Assembly: GCA_963712965.1 (NCBI GenBank) | Contig: CAVQJZ010000003.1 | Location: 2,878 to 66,877 of the forward strand | DNA from: an uncultured Pseudomonadota bacterium | GTDB lineage: Bacteria > Pseudomonadota > Gammaproteobacteria > DASZBR01 | Direction of reading: 5' to 3' | Length of the DNA stretch: 64,000 bases | Part shown: positions 33,081 through 42,039 of the stretch, piece by piece | How positions within the stretch are numbered: the first letter of the stretch is position 1 | How the letters are laid out: the number at the start of each line of letters is the position of its first letter | Notes under the pieces: generated by a model | Told to the model about the DNA's origin: nothing | Database searches by the model: none | What the model saw: only the letters and a program-made list of their open reading frames with translations | Position numbers and translations under genes: made by a program

Positions 33081-34091
33081 ATGACGATAACTGACATTTT
33101 GCAACAAGCGAAAGCAAAGCTGAAAGCTTATGCTGCACAAAATAAACTTCCCATAGCTATGAAGGCTAACGGAACTGGTGAGAACAGCTGGTTCACGCTC
33201 GTTTTCTCGTTATTCACAAATAAGTGGGGCATTAATGTCCTTAACAACACACCGTTTCACTTTGTCGCTTTTCCTGTTGCAGGTGCGACTGCTTGGATTC
33301 AAACAGCATTGAGTTTTGCTGGATTTGTAAATGCAGCGCGCGATACAAAAGCTGAGGGATATTTCAAAAAGCTTTTTTTTGCAGGTTTGGATCTTGTCGT
33401 TAATGTAGCAAAGTCTTTATTAATTACTACCGCGGTGGTTTTTGCGCTTGCCGCCGCTACTGTTTTGGGTGGTTTGTTAGTGCCAGCTTTATTCATTAGT
33501 GCAGTGGCATTATCGGGTATTCATCAAGCCATTATGGCCGCTTGGAATTTTGGTCAGGCGACCAAACATTTCGTTAACTGGCTTCGTGCGGACAATATAG
33601 ATAGCGAAGGTCATTGGAAGAATTTTAAAAATTCACTTTGGGCGACTCTTGATCACGCTGTTTTCGCTGCAGCGTCTGCGGCGTTTTGTACAATTATTGG
33701 CGGATTAATGATTGCAGCACCACAACTTGGTTTGTCGTTGATTGCAACTATTTCAGCGGGTGTGGGAACTGTATTAACAGTTGGTTTGATTGGTTACATT
33801 ACTGGTCGTACAGTTATTGATATCGCGACAACGAAAGTGCCAGATGGAACAGCAGCAGCATTAGTAGAGAATGACTTTTTGACAGGTGTTTCTAATAGCA
33901 ATCAAAATGTATTAAACAATGGAAACAACAATAGCAAATCATGGGTGTGGGAATGGGTAAAATCCGCTCCATCAAAAGTGAGCTCCTACATGTGGTCGTC
34001 GCCAAAGAGCAATGGCCTACTAGATAAAGGTAAAGAAGAAAACACTGCTTATACTTTTTCTGATAGTGAAAAAGTAACGCTGAAAAATTAA
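33081..34091 (+). CDS. Multi-pass membrane protein, paralog of 30991-32019
   Basis: Shows the same collinear motifs as its paralog. I prefer ATG 33081 (AAAGGAA upstream; the leader length then matches the other box-driven genes) over the ORF-track start 33057. Confidence 0.7.
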   Translation: MTITDILQQAKAKLKAYAAQNKLPIAMKANGTGENSWFTLVFSLFTNKWGINVLNNTPFHFVAFPVAGATAWIQTALSFAGFVNAARDTKAEGYFKKLFFAGLDLVVNVAKSLLITTAVVFALAAATVLGGLLVPALFISAVALSGIHQAIMAAWNFGQATKHFVNWLRADNIDSEGHWKNFKNSLWATLDHAVFAAASAAFCTIIGGLMIAAPQLGLSLIATISAGVGTVLTVGLIGYITGRTVIDIATTKVPDGTAAALVENDFLTGVSNSNQNVLNNGNNNSKSWVWEWVKSAPSKVSSYMWSSPKSNGLLDKGKEENTAYTFSDSEKVTLKN

Positions 34092-34112
34092 ATATTTAAC
34101 TTTGATATTATT

Positions 34113-34143
34113 CGTAGAGACGGGTTTCAAACCCGTCTCTACG
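34113..34143. terminator. 31-nt palindrome of the REP-like family, followed by a T-run
   Basis: cgtagagacgggttt-c-aaacccgtctctacg followed by cttttt. It sits 22 nt after the upstream stop codon. Confidence 0.6.
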
Positions 34144-34194
34144 CTTTTTGTGTAGCAAACCTCTAGATTTACCCTTATAATCCTCGCCCTTTTT

Positions 34195-34223
34195 GTAGAG
34201 ATGGGTTTCAAACCCATCTCTAC
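34195..34223. repeat. 29-nt palindrome, third member of the REP-like family
   Basis: gtagagatgggttt-c-aaacccatctctac. It differs from the 34113 copy by a compensated pair (c-g to t-a). Confidence 0.6.
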
Positions 34224-34249
34224 GTATTAACAATTACACAGGTAAAACA

Positions 34250-36055
34250 ATGAAACTTCGTAACATCGCCATTATCGCTCACGTTGACCATGGCAAAACC
34301 ACTCTTGTAGACAAGTTACTGCAACAATCTGACACGCTTGATTCTCGTACCGTTCTAGACGAACGCGCGATGGATTCTAATGCCTTAGAAAAAGAACGTG
34401 GCATTACCATTCTGGCGAAAAATACGGCCATCAAATGGCGTGATTACCGAATTAATATTGTGGATACCCCAGGGCATGCTGACTTCGGTGGTGAAGTTGA
34501 ACGCATTTTATCGATGGTTGATTGCGTATTGTTATTGGTGGATGCCGTTGACGGCCCAATGCCACAAACACGATTTGTAACGCAAAAAGCCTTTGCTCGT
34601 GGTTTGAATCCTATTGTGGTGATTAACAAAATTGATCGAGACAGTGCACGCCCAGAGTGGGTGTTGAATCAAATTTTTGATTTGTTTGATCGCTTAGGTG
34701 CCAATGAAGTACAGCTCGATTTCCCAGTTGTTTATGCCTCTGCGTTACAAGGCTGGGCAACGTTGGATTACACCAAACCTGGCAAAGATATGACCGCCTT
34801 ATTAGAAACAATTATTGCGCGTGTTGAGCCACCGAAGGTCGAAGTGAATGGTCCGTTTCAAATGCAGATTAGTCAGCTGGATTATTCGAGTTATGTGGGT
34901 GCGATTGGTATTGGCCGTATTGCGCGAGGCAGAGTTAAAACCAATACACCTGTGACCGTTATTTCTGCCGATGGAAAAACAAGAAGTGGACGTGTGTTGC
35001 AAGTATTGGGTTACTTAGGTTTGCAGCGTACGGAAATTCCTGAAGCCGAAGCAGGGGATATTATTGCTATCACGGGTATCGATGATTTAAAAATTTCTGA
35101 CACCATTTGTGATCCAACAGCAGTTGAAGCATTGCCCGCATTAAGTGTTGATGAGCCAACTGTGGCCATGACATTCCAAGTAAACAATTCACCGTTTGCA
35201 GGCCGCGAAGGTAAATATGTTACCAGCCGACAAATTCGCGAACGTTTACAAAAAGAATTAATTCATAATGTAGCCTTGCGTGTGGATGATACGGCTGACC
35301 CCGATAAATTTCGTGTGTCTGGTCGTGGTGAATTACATCTTTCTATTTTAATTGAAACCATGCGTCGCGAAGGTTTTGAATTAGGTATGTCGCGCCCTGA
35401 AGTGATCATGAAAGAAATTGATGGCCAAATGGCAGAGCCGTATGAAAGTTTGACGGTTGATGTGGAAGAAACCCATCAAGGGTCCATTATGGAAAAACTC
35501 GGTTCACGCCGTGGAAAATTATTGGATATGGTGCCTGATGGCAAAGGTCGTGTGCGTTTGGATTATTTAATTCCAGCGCGTGGCTTGATTGGTTTTCGCA
35601 CAGAGTTTTTAACTGCTACATCGGGTACTGGATTAATGCATCATGTGTTTGATCATTATGGTCCGGCATTTGCAGGCAGTGTGGCACCACGTCAAAATGG
35701 TGTGTTAATTGCTAATGGACCAGGAAAAGCCGCAGGTTTTGCGTTGTGGAATTTGCAAGAACGTGGTCGCATGATTATTCCGCCACAAACTGAAGTCTAT
35801 GAAGGCATGATTGTGGGTATTCATAATCGCGATAATGATTTAGTCGTGAATGCTATTCGCGGTAAACAATTAACCAATATGCGCGCGTCGGGTTCCGATG
35901 AAAATATTATGTTAACGCCACATATTCAATTTAGCTTAGAGCAAGCGCTCGAATTTATTGAAGATGATGAATTGGTGGAAGTAACACCTGTATCAATTCG
36001 TATTCGCAAGAAATTCTTGAAAGAGAATGAGCGTAAGAGATCAGGAAAGGATTAG
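34250..36055 (+). CDS. typA: Translational GTPase TypA/BipA
   Basis: [24 protein letters not shown] (G1), [14 protein letters not shown] (G3), NKIDR (G4). The 601-aa length fits the family. Confidence 0.97.
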   Translation: MKLRNIAIIAHVDHGKTTLVDKLLQQSDTLDSRTVLDERAMDSNALEKERGITILAKNTAIKWRDYRINIVDTPGHADFGGEVERILSMVDCVLLLVDAVDGPMPQTRFVTQKAFARGLNPIVVINKIDRDSARPEWVLNQIFDLFDRLGANEVQLDFPVVYASALQGWATLDYTKPGKDMTALLETIIARVEPPKVEVNGPFQMQISQLDYSSYVGAIGIGRIARGRVKTNTPVTVISADGKTRSGRVLQVLGYLGLQRTEIPEAEAGDIIAITGIDDLKISDTICDPTAVEALPALSVDEPTVAMTFQVNNSPFAGREGKYVTSRQIRERLQKELIHNVALRVDDTADPDKFRVSGRGELHLSILIETMRREGFELGMSRPEVIMKEIDGQMAEPYESLTVDVEETHQGSIMEKLGSRRGKLLDMVPDGKGRVRLDYLIPARGLIGFRTEFLTATSGTGLMHHVFDHYGPAFAGSVAPRQNGVLIANGPGKAAGFALWNLQERGRMIIPPQTEVYEGMIVGIHNRDNDLVVNAIRGKQLTNMRASGSDENIMLTPHIQFSLEQALEFIEDDELVEVTPVSIRIRKKFLKENERKRSGKD

Positions 36056-36064
36056 AGCACATGG

Positions 36065-36092
36065 GTAGGGGCACGATGCATCGTGCCCCTAC
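36065..36092. terminator. GC-rich perfect palindrome between convergent typA and the ankyrin gene (bidirectional terminator candidate)
   Basis: gtaggggcacgatgcatcgtgcccctac, 28 nt and fully self-complementary. Confidence 0.55.
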
Positions 36093-36097
36093 ATTAT

Positions 36098-37468
36098 TCA
36101 TATTTGTCTTTGCTGATCAGGCCTGTTAGTTAATTGCTGTTCAGCAACACGTCGTTGCTCTTCTTCCTGAATCAATTTTTCTGCCCAATCATATCTGCCA
36201 TTATTATCTTGTTGATTATATTCACGCAAAGCATCCTTTAATGGCTGCAGATTTTTTGTATGGGGCAAAAGTAGTCCAAACATTTCCCAATGTTTCTCTG
36301 ACTCTAATGAAAGAACTATTGGAGGCAGGTCAGACAGGCTAGCATCGGCATCACTCTCTAAAAGACGATTTGCAATCCATGAATTCATATCATTAAAAGT
36401 TGGACGACCTTTAACTCCCCCTGATTCATTAGTTTTACAAACCTTCGCAAGAGGAGTCTCTCCATTATCAGCAAAACTATCTACCTTGGCGCCATTTTTT
36501 AACAGGGCGTCTACTACATTAAGAAATCCATAATAAGCTGCAAGGTGTAGAGGCGACCAACCATCTCTTTGGCGATTAACATCACAACCATGTTCTATTA
36601 ATAAGCATGCAATAGTTCCACCTCTTTGTTTTTTTAATAATGATTCAGGATCATCTTTATTAGCGTCTTTTGCACACTCGCTCATTGCTACACAAATTAA
36701 GTTTTCGCCTTCTGTGATATTAATAGGATCGTCAGGATCTGGGTTTTCTTTGTTTTGTTTCAAAAGAGCGCGAACGGTTTTTAAATCCCCTTCTATAACT
36801 GCTTTACGTAACATTCTATTGGCCGTTTGTTCTTCTTGCTGAATTAATTTTTCTGCCCAGTCATAGAAACCATCACCACTATGCTTATCTAAAAATTTTC
36901 CTAATGGTCTTAGATCTGCCACATAAGGTAAAAGCGATTTAAATACAGGTTTAAATCCTGATGACGTTAATGCAAGCAGTATTGGAGATTTTAGAGGATC
37001 GTTTCTCGATAGATTAGCGTTAGCGCCATGCCTTAGTAAAAGTTCTGCAATTGCCAAATCTGCTGCATGAGGATTTCTTAGGTCTCCATCTGACCTATTG
37101 CCTCGACAAACCTTTGCAAGAGGAGTTTCTCCTTGAGAATTAAAACTATCTACCTTGGCGCCTTTTTTTAATAGGGCATCTACTACATCAACATATCCAT
37201 AAAAAGCTGCGGTGTGTAAGGGCATCCCGCCATCTTGATGATTAACATCAAAATCATGTTCTATTAATAAGCGTGCAATCTCTCCACCATTTTTTCTTTC
37301 ATCAGGCTCATCCGAGCTATACTCTGCACGATGAAGCGCCTCGGCAATTAAGTTTGTCTTTTTATCGATAGGATCATTGGAATTTGCTGGTTCATTTAAA
37401 ATTCTACGGACATCATCCGCAGTACCTTTTGCTACCGCTTCACGTAATTGTTCATTGATTCCAGGCAT
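36098..37468 (-). CDS. Ankyrin-repeat protein with internal two-fold duplication
   Basis: ANK consensus appears twice: G.TPLH.AA..G....V..LL..GA.V (..MPLHTAAFYGYVDVVDALLKKGAKVDSFNSQGETPLAKVC.. and ..SPLHLAAYYGFLNVVDALLKNGAKVDSFADNGETPLAKVC..). Each half ends in YDWAEKLIQ(Q/E)EEQ. I prefer ATG 37468 (AAGGTG 7 nt upstream) over GTG 37492. Confidence 0.85.
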   Translation of the reverse strand: MPGINEQLREAVAKGTADDVRRILNEPANSNDPIDKKTNLIAEALHRAEYSSDEPDERKNGGEIARLLIEHDFDVNHQDGGMPLHTAAFYGYVDVVDALLKKGAKVDSFNSQGETPLAKVCRGNRSDGDLRNPHAADLAIAELLLRHGANANLSRNDPLKSPILLALTSSGFKPVFKSLLPYVADLRPLGKFLDKHSGDGFYDWAEKLIQQEEQTANRMLRKAVIEGDLKTVRALLKQNKENPDPDDPINITEGENLICVAMSECAKDANKDDPESLLKKQRGGTIACLLIEHGCDVNRQRDGWSPLHLAAYYGFLNVVDALLKNGAKVDSFADNGETPLAKVCKTNESGGVKGRPTFNDMNSWIANRLLESDADASLSDLPPIVLSLESEKHWEMFGLLLPHTKNLQPLKDALREYNQQDNNGRYDWAEKLIQEEEQRRVAEQQLTNRPDQQRQI

Positions 37469-37547
37469 TTTTTTACACCTTTTCAAGTCCACGTATTATG
37501 AAGTATAGACGATATTAAGAGCAGATAAGGGAGAGATCCCCCCTTTT

Positions 37548-38621
37548 TCAAAGGGGGTGGTTTAAATATTCTTCCGACTGCATCTCAATCAACCGACTCT
37601 TCGTCCGCCTAAACTCAAATGCCAAATCACCATCGGTATAAATATGCTCAATTGCCACATCAGACAGTATTGGCAAAATAATTTTCTTGTCATAACAAAT
37701 ATCCACTAAATTAATAAAATATTGCGCAATATTGGTTTCATCAGGTCGAATGTGTCTCACATTACTTAAAAATATATACGAATACTTTTTGGCAAGTTCT
37801 AAATAATCATGTTGGCTGCGTGGGGTGTGGCATAGCACGTGAAAATCAAACCATACACAATTATTGCTGTGTGCAATGGTCATGACAGAGCGTTTTTGAA
37901 TAATTAATTCTTGATCATTTAAAATGTCGCCATCGGCAATACTTAAAAATAATGTTTTAAATTTTTCGCGTTTATCCGCATGATGGGGGAAAAAATAAAG
38001 GCCCGCTTGTTTTAACGTGCGTAATCGATAATCTTGCGTTGTTTGCACATGAAAAACATCCATATGCTTTTTAATAAGATTAATCGCAGGAATAAATTTC
38101 GCGCGCTGCAAACCCTGTTTATATAATTCGTCTGGCGCGCAGTTGGATGTAGCCACAATCACAATATTGTTTTTAAATAAGGCGGCAAATAAATTTCCCA
38201 AAATCATAGCATCGCCAATATCAGAGACAAAAAACTCATCGAAACAAATAATTTTGGCTTTTTTAGCAAGTTCCTCAGCAATTTTATCGAGCGGGTTTTT
38301 AGTACCTTGCCAGCGTTGCAATTGATCGTGAATGGTTTTCATAAATTCATGAAAATGCACACGCATTTTGTTTTTGTGCGAAAGACTTTCAAAAAATAAA
38401 TCCATGAGCCACGTTTTGCCAATACCCACATGTCCCCATAAATATAAGCCTTGCGGTGTTTTTTGTTTTTTTAATAAACGCTGTAGTTTTTTTTGTTGAT
38501 AGATTTCTTCTAGCTCGCGATATACACGTTGCAAATGTTCAATGGCATGCGCTTGCGCGGAGTCCGCAAAATATTTTCCGGAGCTAATGGCGATATGATA
38601 ACGTTCAAAGGGTGTAAGCAT
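37548..38621 (-). CDS. zapE: ZapE/AFG1-family ATPase
   Basis: Walker A GLYLWGHVGIGKTWLMD, Walker B ICFDEFFVSD, and collinear family features (..ATSN..P..LY..GL.R..F.P.I..). Confidence 0.85.
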   Translation of the reverse strand: MLTPFERYHIAISSGKYFADSAQAHAIEHLQRVYRELEEIYQQKKLQRLLKKQKTPQGLYLWGHVGIGKTWLMDLFFESLSHKNKMRVHFHEFMKTIHDQLQRWQGTKNPLDKIAEELAKKAKIICFDEFFVSDIGDAMILGNLFAALFKNNIVIVATSNCAPDELYKQGLQRAKFIPAINLIKKHMDVFHVQTTQDYRLRTLKQAGLYFFPHHADKREKFKTLFLSIADGDILNDQELIIQKRSVMTIAHSNNCVWFDFHVLCHTPRSQHDYLELAKKYSYIFLSNVRHIRPDETNIAQYFINLVDICYDKKIILPILSDVAIEHIYTDGDLAFEFRRTKSRLIEMQSEEYLNHPL

Positions 38622-39234
38622 GTTTTAAATAAGCGGCAAGTTGTTGGCGTAATTCAATTAATTTGCCATGAAAGAAATGGCTGGTTTCAGGAAATGAAAT
38701 AATGTCAGGTTGTGGCGAAAGTGTGGCAAGCCACATATCTACTTCAGGCATTGAGATTAATTCATCTGCTTCAGCTTTCACGACAAGCCATGGGCAGTGT
38801 GGATGTAAGTGAGTAAAGTCATGATGGCCAATAGAGGGTGCAACGCTTACTAATAATTCAATGTCTTGATCTTCAATCGCTGCTTTTAATGATACGTACG
38901 TTCCAAAAGAAAAACCAAATAAAGAAATGGCCGCCTCAGGATAATTGGTGCGGGCCCAATGAATGACAGATAAGACATCTTGTGTTTCGCCAATGGTTTC
39001 ACCATAGCTGCCATCGCTGCTGCCAACACCACGATAGTTAAAGCGTACCGTGGTAAGCCCGAGTTCTCGAATAGTGCGCTCAATAGTGCTAACAACTTTG
39101 TTGTGCATGGTTCCGCCTTCAAGCGGATTGGGATGGCAAATAATTCCTATGCGTTGTGGCGCATTGATTTGTTCAACAACAATCGCTTCCAGTTGACCGG
39201 TAGTAGAAGGAATGTAGATAGCTTTTTCTTGCAT
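38605..39234 (-). CDS. Alpha/beta-fold hydrolase
   Basis: Nucleophile elbow GFSFG. HPNPLEGGTMHNKVV..RFNYRGVGSSDG is typical of small alpha/beta hydrolases. The exact family is not resolved. Confidence 0.65.
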   Translation of the reverse strand: MQEKAIYIPSTTGQLEAIVVEQINAPQRIGIICHPNPLEGGTMHNKVVSTIERTIRELGLTTVRFNYRGVGSSDGSYGETIGETQDVLSVIHWARTNYPEAAISLFGFSFGTYVSLKAAIEDQDIELLVSVAPSIGHHDFTHLHPHCPWLVVKAEADELISMPEVDMWLATLSPQPDIISFPETSHFFHGKLIELRQQLAAYLKHAYTL

Positions 39235-39307
39235 AGTGTTAGAGTTGACAAAGTTGTTAAACGACGCATTATAGCCGGCTGATGGTGGATGTACATGATG
39301 AAAATTT

Positions 39308-39404
39308 CCCTCTCCCTTTGGGAGAGGGTTAGGGTGAGGGCAAAAATTTACAATTACCCCTCACCCGTTCGCTTCGCTCACGACCTCTCCCACAAGGGGA
39401 GAGG
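39308..39404. repeat. 97-bp GC-rich intergenic element made of three hairpins (REP/MITE-like)
   Basis: ccctctccc-ttt-gggagaggg (39308-39328). gggtgaggg (39332-39340) pairs with ccctcaccc (39358-39366). cctctccc-acaag-gggagagg (39384-39404). ORF-track 39289-39489 is its spurious translation. Confidence 0.6.
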
Positions 39405-39428
39405 TGAATCATTTACTGAGGATCTATT

Positions 39429-40361
39429 GTGTCTGCACTTAAGATCGAAAATCTTACCAAAATCTATCGCAATGGTGTCGAAGCATTAAAGGGTATTAGC
39501 TTTGACGTGCAAGAAGGCGATTTTTTTGCATTGCTTGGCCCCAATGGCGCAGGCAAATCCACAACGATTGGTATTGCCACATCGCTGGTCACAAAAACCA
39601 GCGGCACGGTCAGCGTATTTGGTCATGATATTGATCGTGAATTAATGCAAGCCAAAAGATGTATTGGTGTGGTGGCGCAAGAATTTAATTTTAGTATTTT
39701 CGAAAAAATTGAAAATATTATTCTCATGCAAGCCGGTCTTTATGGTATCCCACGCAAACTCGCTAAAGTTCGTGCGGAACGTTATCTCAAACAACTAGGC
39801 TTATGGGAAAAACGTGATCAACAGGCACGTTATTTATCTGGTGGGATGAAAAGACGTTTGATGATTGCGCGCGCTTTGGTGCATGAACCCAAATTATTAA
39901 TTCTTGATGAGCCTACAGCGGGTGTGGATATTGAGCTGCGTCGTTCCATGTGGGATTTTTTGCGTGAAATTAATCAACAGGGCACGACGATTATTTTAAC
40001 CACGCATTATTTAGAAGAAGCCGAAAATTTATGTCGTCATGTTGCCATTATTGATCAAGGCGAATTAAAAGCGAATGAAAGTACACAACAATTATTACAA
40101 ACATTAAATTTTGAAACATTTGTTTTTTATCTTAAAGATAAGATAGATATTTTGCCGCCTTCTGATTTTACCCTGCGTTTGATTGATTCGATGACGCTCG
40201 AAGTGGATGTGGAACAAAAGAATACCCATAACTTAAATCAATTATTTCATTTTTTTGATGCGCACAATATTAAAATAACGAGCATGCGCAATAAAGCAAA
40301 TCGATTGGAAGAATTGTTTATGCGTTTGGTTGCTCCGCAACAAGCTGGGGGTAACACATAA
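39429..40361 (+). CDS. ABC transporter ATP-binding protein (ABC-2 / YadG-like)
   Basis: Walker A GPNGAGKST, signature LSGGMKRRL, Walker B LLILDEPT. GTG start. Confidence 0.9.
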   Translation: MSALKIENLTKIYRNGVEALKGISFDVQEGDFFALLGPNGAGKSTTIGIATSLVTKTSGTVSVFGHDIDRELMQAKRCIGVVAQEFNFSIFEKIENIILMQAGLYGIPRKLAKVRAERYLKQLGLWEKRDQQARYLSGGMKRRLMIARALVHEPKLLILDEPTAGVDIELRRSMWDFLREINQQGTTIILTTHYLEEAENLCRHVAIIDQGELKANESTQQLLQTLNFETFVFYLKDKIDILPPSDFTLRLIDSMTLEVDVEQKNTHNLNQLFHFFDAHNIKITSMRNKANRLEELFMRLVAPQQAGGNT

Positions 40362-41125
40362 TGAAATTATTCATCGCGTTCGTCACATTATTGCGTCGTG
40401 AAATTACACGTTTTTTGCGTACGTGGATTGGCTCGATTGTGCCGCCTGTGATTACCATGACACTTTATTTTATTATTTTTGGTCGTTTAGTGGGTTCGCA
40501 AATTAAACCTATTCATGGGTTTACGTACATGCAATATATCGCTCCTGGGTTAATTATGATGTCGGTGGTGACCAGCGCTTATAGCAATGTGGTGAGCGCG
40601 CTTTATTTATTGCGCTTTCAGCGCAGTATTGAAGAAATTTTAGTGGCACCATTGCCCGATAGTTTGTTTTTATTTGCATTTATGTTGGCTGGCATGTTGC
40701 GTTCATTAATTATCGCGTTAGTTATCACGGGCGTGGCATTATTTTTTACGCATCTTACGCTCATGCATTTCTTTGCCATTGTTTTTTCCATACTGCTAGC
40801 ATCCGCGTTGTTTTCATTGGCGGGTTTTTTAAACGGTTTGTATGCAAAAAGTTTTGACCACATTTCGTTTGTGCCGACGTTTGTTTTAACGCCGCTGACG
40901 TATTTGGGTGGCGTTTTTTATTCTATTCATATGTTGCCCGCTTTTTGGCAAAAAGTGTCATTATTAAATCCTATTTTATATATGGTGAATGCTTTTCGTT
41001 ACGGCATTTTAGGCATTACTGATATTCCTATTGCGCATGCGTTGTTAATGATGAGTTTTTTTGTGGTAAGTTTGTTTTTGTTTAATTGGTATTTATTGCG
41101 CAAAGGTTATGGAGTGCGTACATGA
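40361..41125 (+). CDS. ABC-2 type transporter permease (YadH-like)
   Basis: Six predicted hydrophobic spans. The start overlaps the stop of the ATPase gene (TAATG), which suggests translational coupling. Confidence 0.85.
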   Translation: MKLFIAFVTLLRREITRFLRTWIGSIVPPVITMTLYFIIFGRLVGSQIKPIHGFTYMQYIAPGLIMMSVVTSAYSNVVSALYLLRFQRSIEEILVAPLPDSLFLFAFMLAGMLRSLIIALVITGVALFFTHLTLMHFFAIVFSILLASALFSLAGFLNGLYAKSFDHISFVPTFVLTPLTYLGGVFYSIHMLPAFWQKVSLLNPILYMVNAFRYGILGITDIPIAHALLMMSFFVVSLFLFNWYLLRKGYGVRT

Positions 41126-42039
41126 AGATAGGGGTTTTATTAACGAATTTAGGAACGCCTGATGCACCGACAACGAAAGCGGTGCGAAAATATTTGCACG
41201 AATTTTTATCCGACTCGCGCGTGGTCGAAATTCCTAAAATATTGTGGTGGCCTATTTTGCACGGCATTATTTTGCGTATTCGCCCACAGCGTTCCGCCAA
41301 GCTATATCAAAAAATTTGGACGCCAGCCGGCTCGCCATTGCGAATCATTTTAGAAGAACAAGCGGAGAAATTGCGCGAACAATTAGGTGACAAATTTAAA
41401 GTTGTTACGGCGATGCGTTATGGTAATCCGTCAATCAAGCAAGCATTAGATGAATTTAAAAAATTAAATATCAAAAAAATATTATTATTCCCGTTGTATC
41501 CACAATATTGCGCGGCAACGACCGCAACGACCTTTGATAAAGTGGCGAGTATATTAAAAACCTGGCGCTGGCAGCCTGAATTAAGAACCATCAATGGTTA
41601 TCATGATAATGAACATTATATTCAAGCGATAGCCAATAACATTAAGCAATATAATAAAAAAAATAAATTATTATTTTCTTTCCATGGATTGCCGAAATCA
41701 TTTTTATTAAAAGGCGATCCGTATTATTGTTTTTGTCAAAAAACAGCGCGCTTAATTGCAGAAAAATTAAATTTAACACCCGCGCAATGGCAAGTGAGTT
41801 TTCAATCACGCTTGGGTCGTGCGCAATGGTTGCAACCGTATACTGATCAAGTATTAGAAAAAAGTGATAAAGAGATGGCCGTCGTGTGCCCTGGATTTTC
41901 AGCGGATTGTTTGGAGACACTGGAAGAAATTGCGCTGCGTCATAAAGAATTTCAGTATATCCCTGCATTGAATGCCACGCCGGAGCATATTGATTGCTTA
42001 AGTGCTTTAATTAAGGAACATACGCATGGATGGTGTTAA
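41122..42039 (+). CDS. hemH: Ferrochelatase
   Basis: MKIGVLLTNLGTPDAPT..VRKYLHEFLSDSRVVE, LYPQY, FSFHGLP, SRLG...WLQPYTD, CPGFSADCLETLEEI. ATG 41122 overlaps the permease stop (ATGA). The ORF-track start 41086 looks too early. Confidence 0.93.
   Translation: MKIGVLLTNLGTPDAPTTKAVRKYLHEFLSDSRVVEIPKILWWPILHGIILRIRPQRSAKLYQKIWTPAGSPLRIILEEQAEKLREQLGDKFKVVTAMRYGNPSIKQALDEFKKLNIKKILLFPLYPQYCAATTATTFDKVASILKTWRWQPELRTINGYHDNEHYIQAIANNIKQYNKKNKLLFSFHGLPKSFLLKGDPYYCFCQKTARLIAEKLNLTPAQWQVSFQSRLGRAQWLQPYTDQVLEKSDKEMAVVCPGFSADCLETLEEIALRHKEFQYIPALNATPEHIDCLSALIKEHTHGWC

Noticed and set aside
34020-34217. ORF-track ORFs 34020-34217 (-), 39289-39489 (+) and 44886-45254 (-)
   Set aside because: The first two are translations of palindromic or REP-like elements (..VETGLKPVST.., ..SLWERVRVRA..). 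The third is the antisense shadow of the hydrophobic ORF 44980-45300 and runs through the MITE-like element.
37512-37519. CTTAATAT half-site (coding strand) upstream of the ankyrin gene as a sixth box copy
   Set aside because: Only the first half-site matches. The second (CTATACTTC) is poor, and the spacing to the CATAAT hexamer differs from the five consistent copies.
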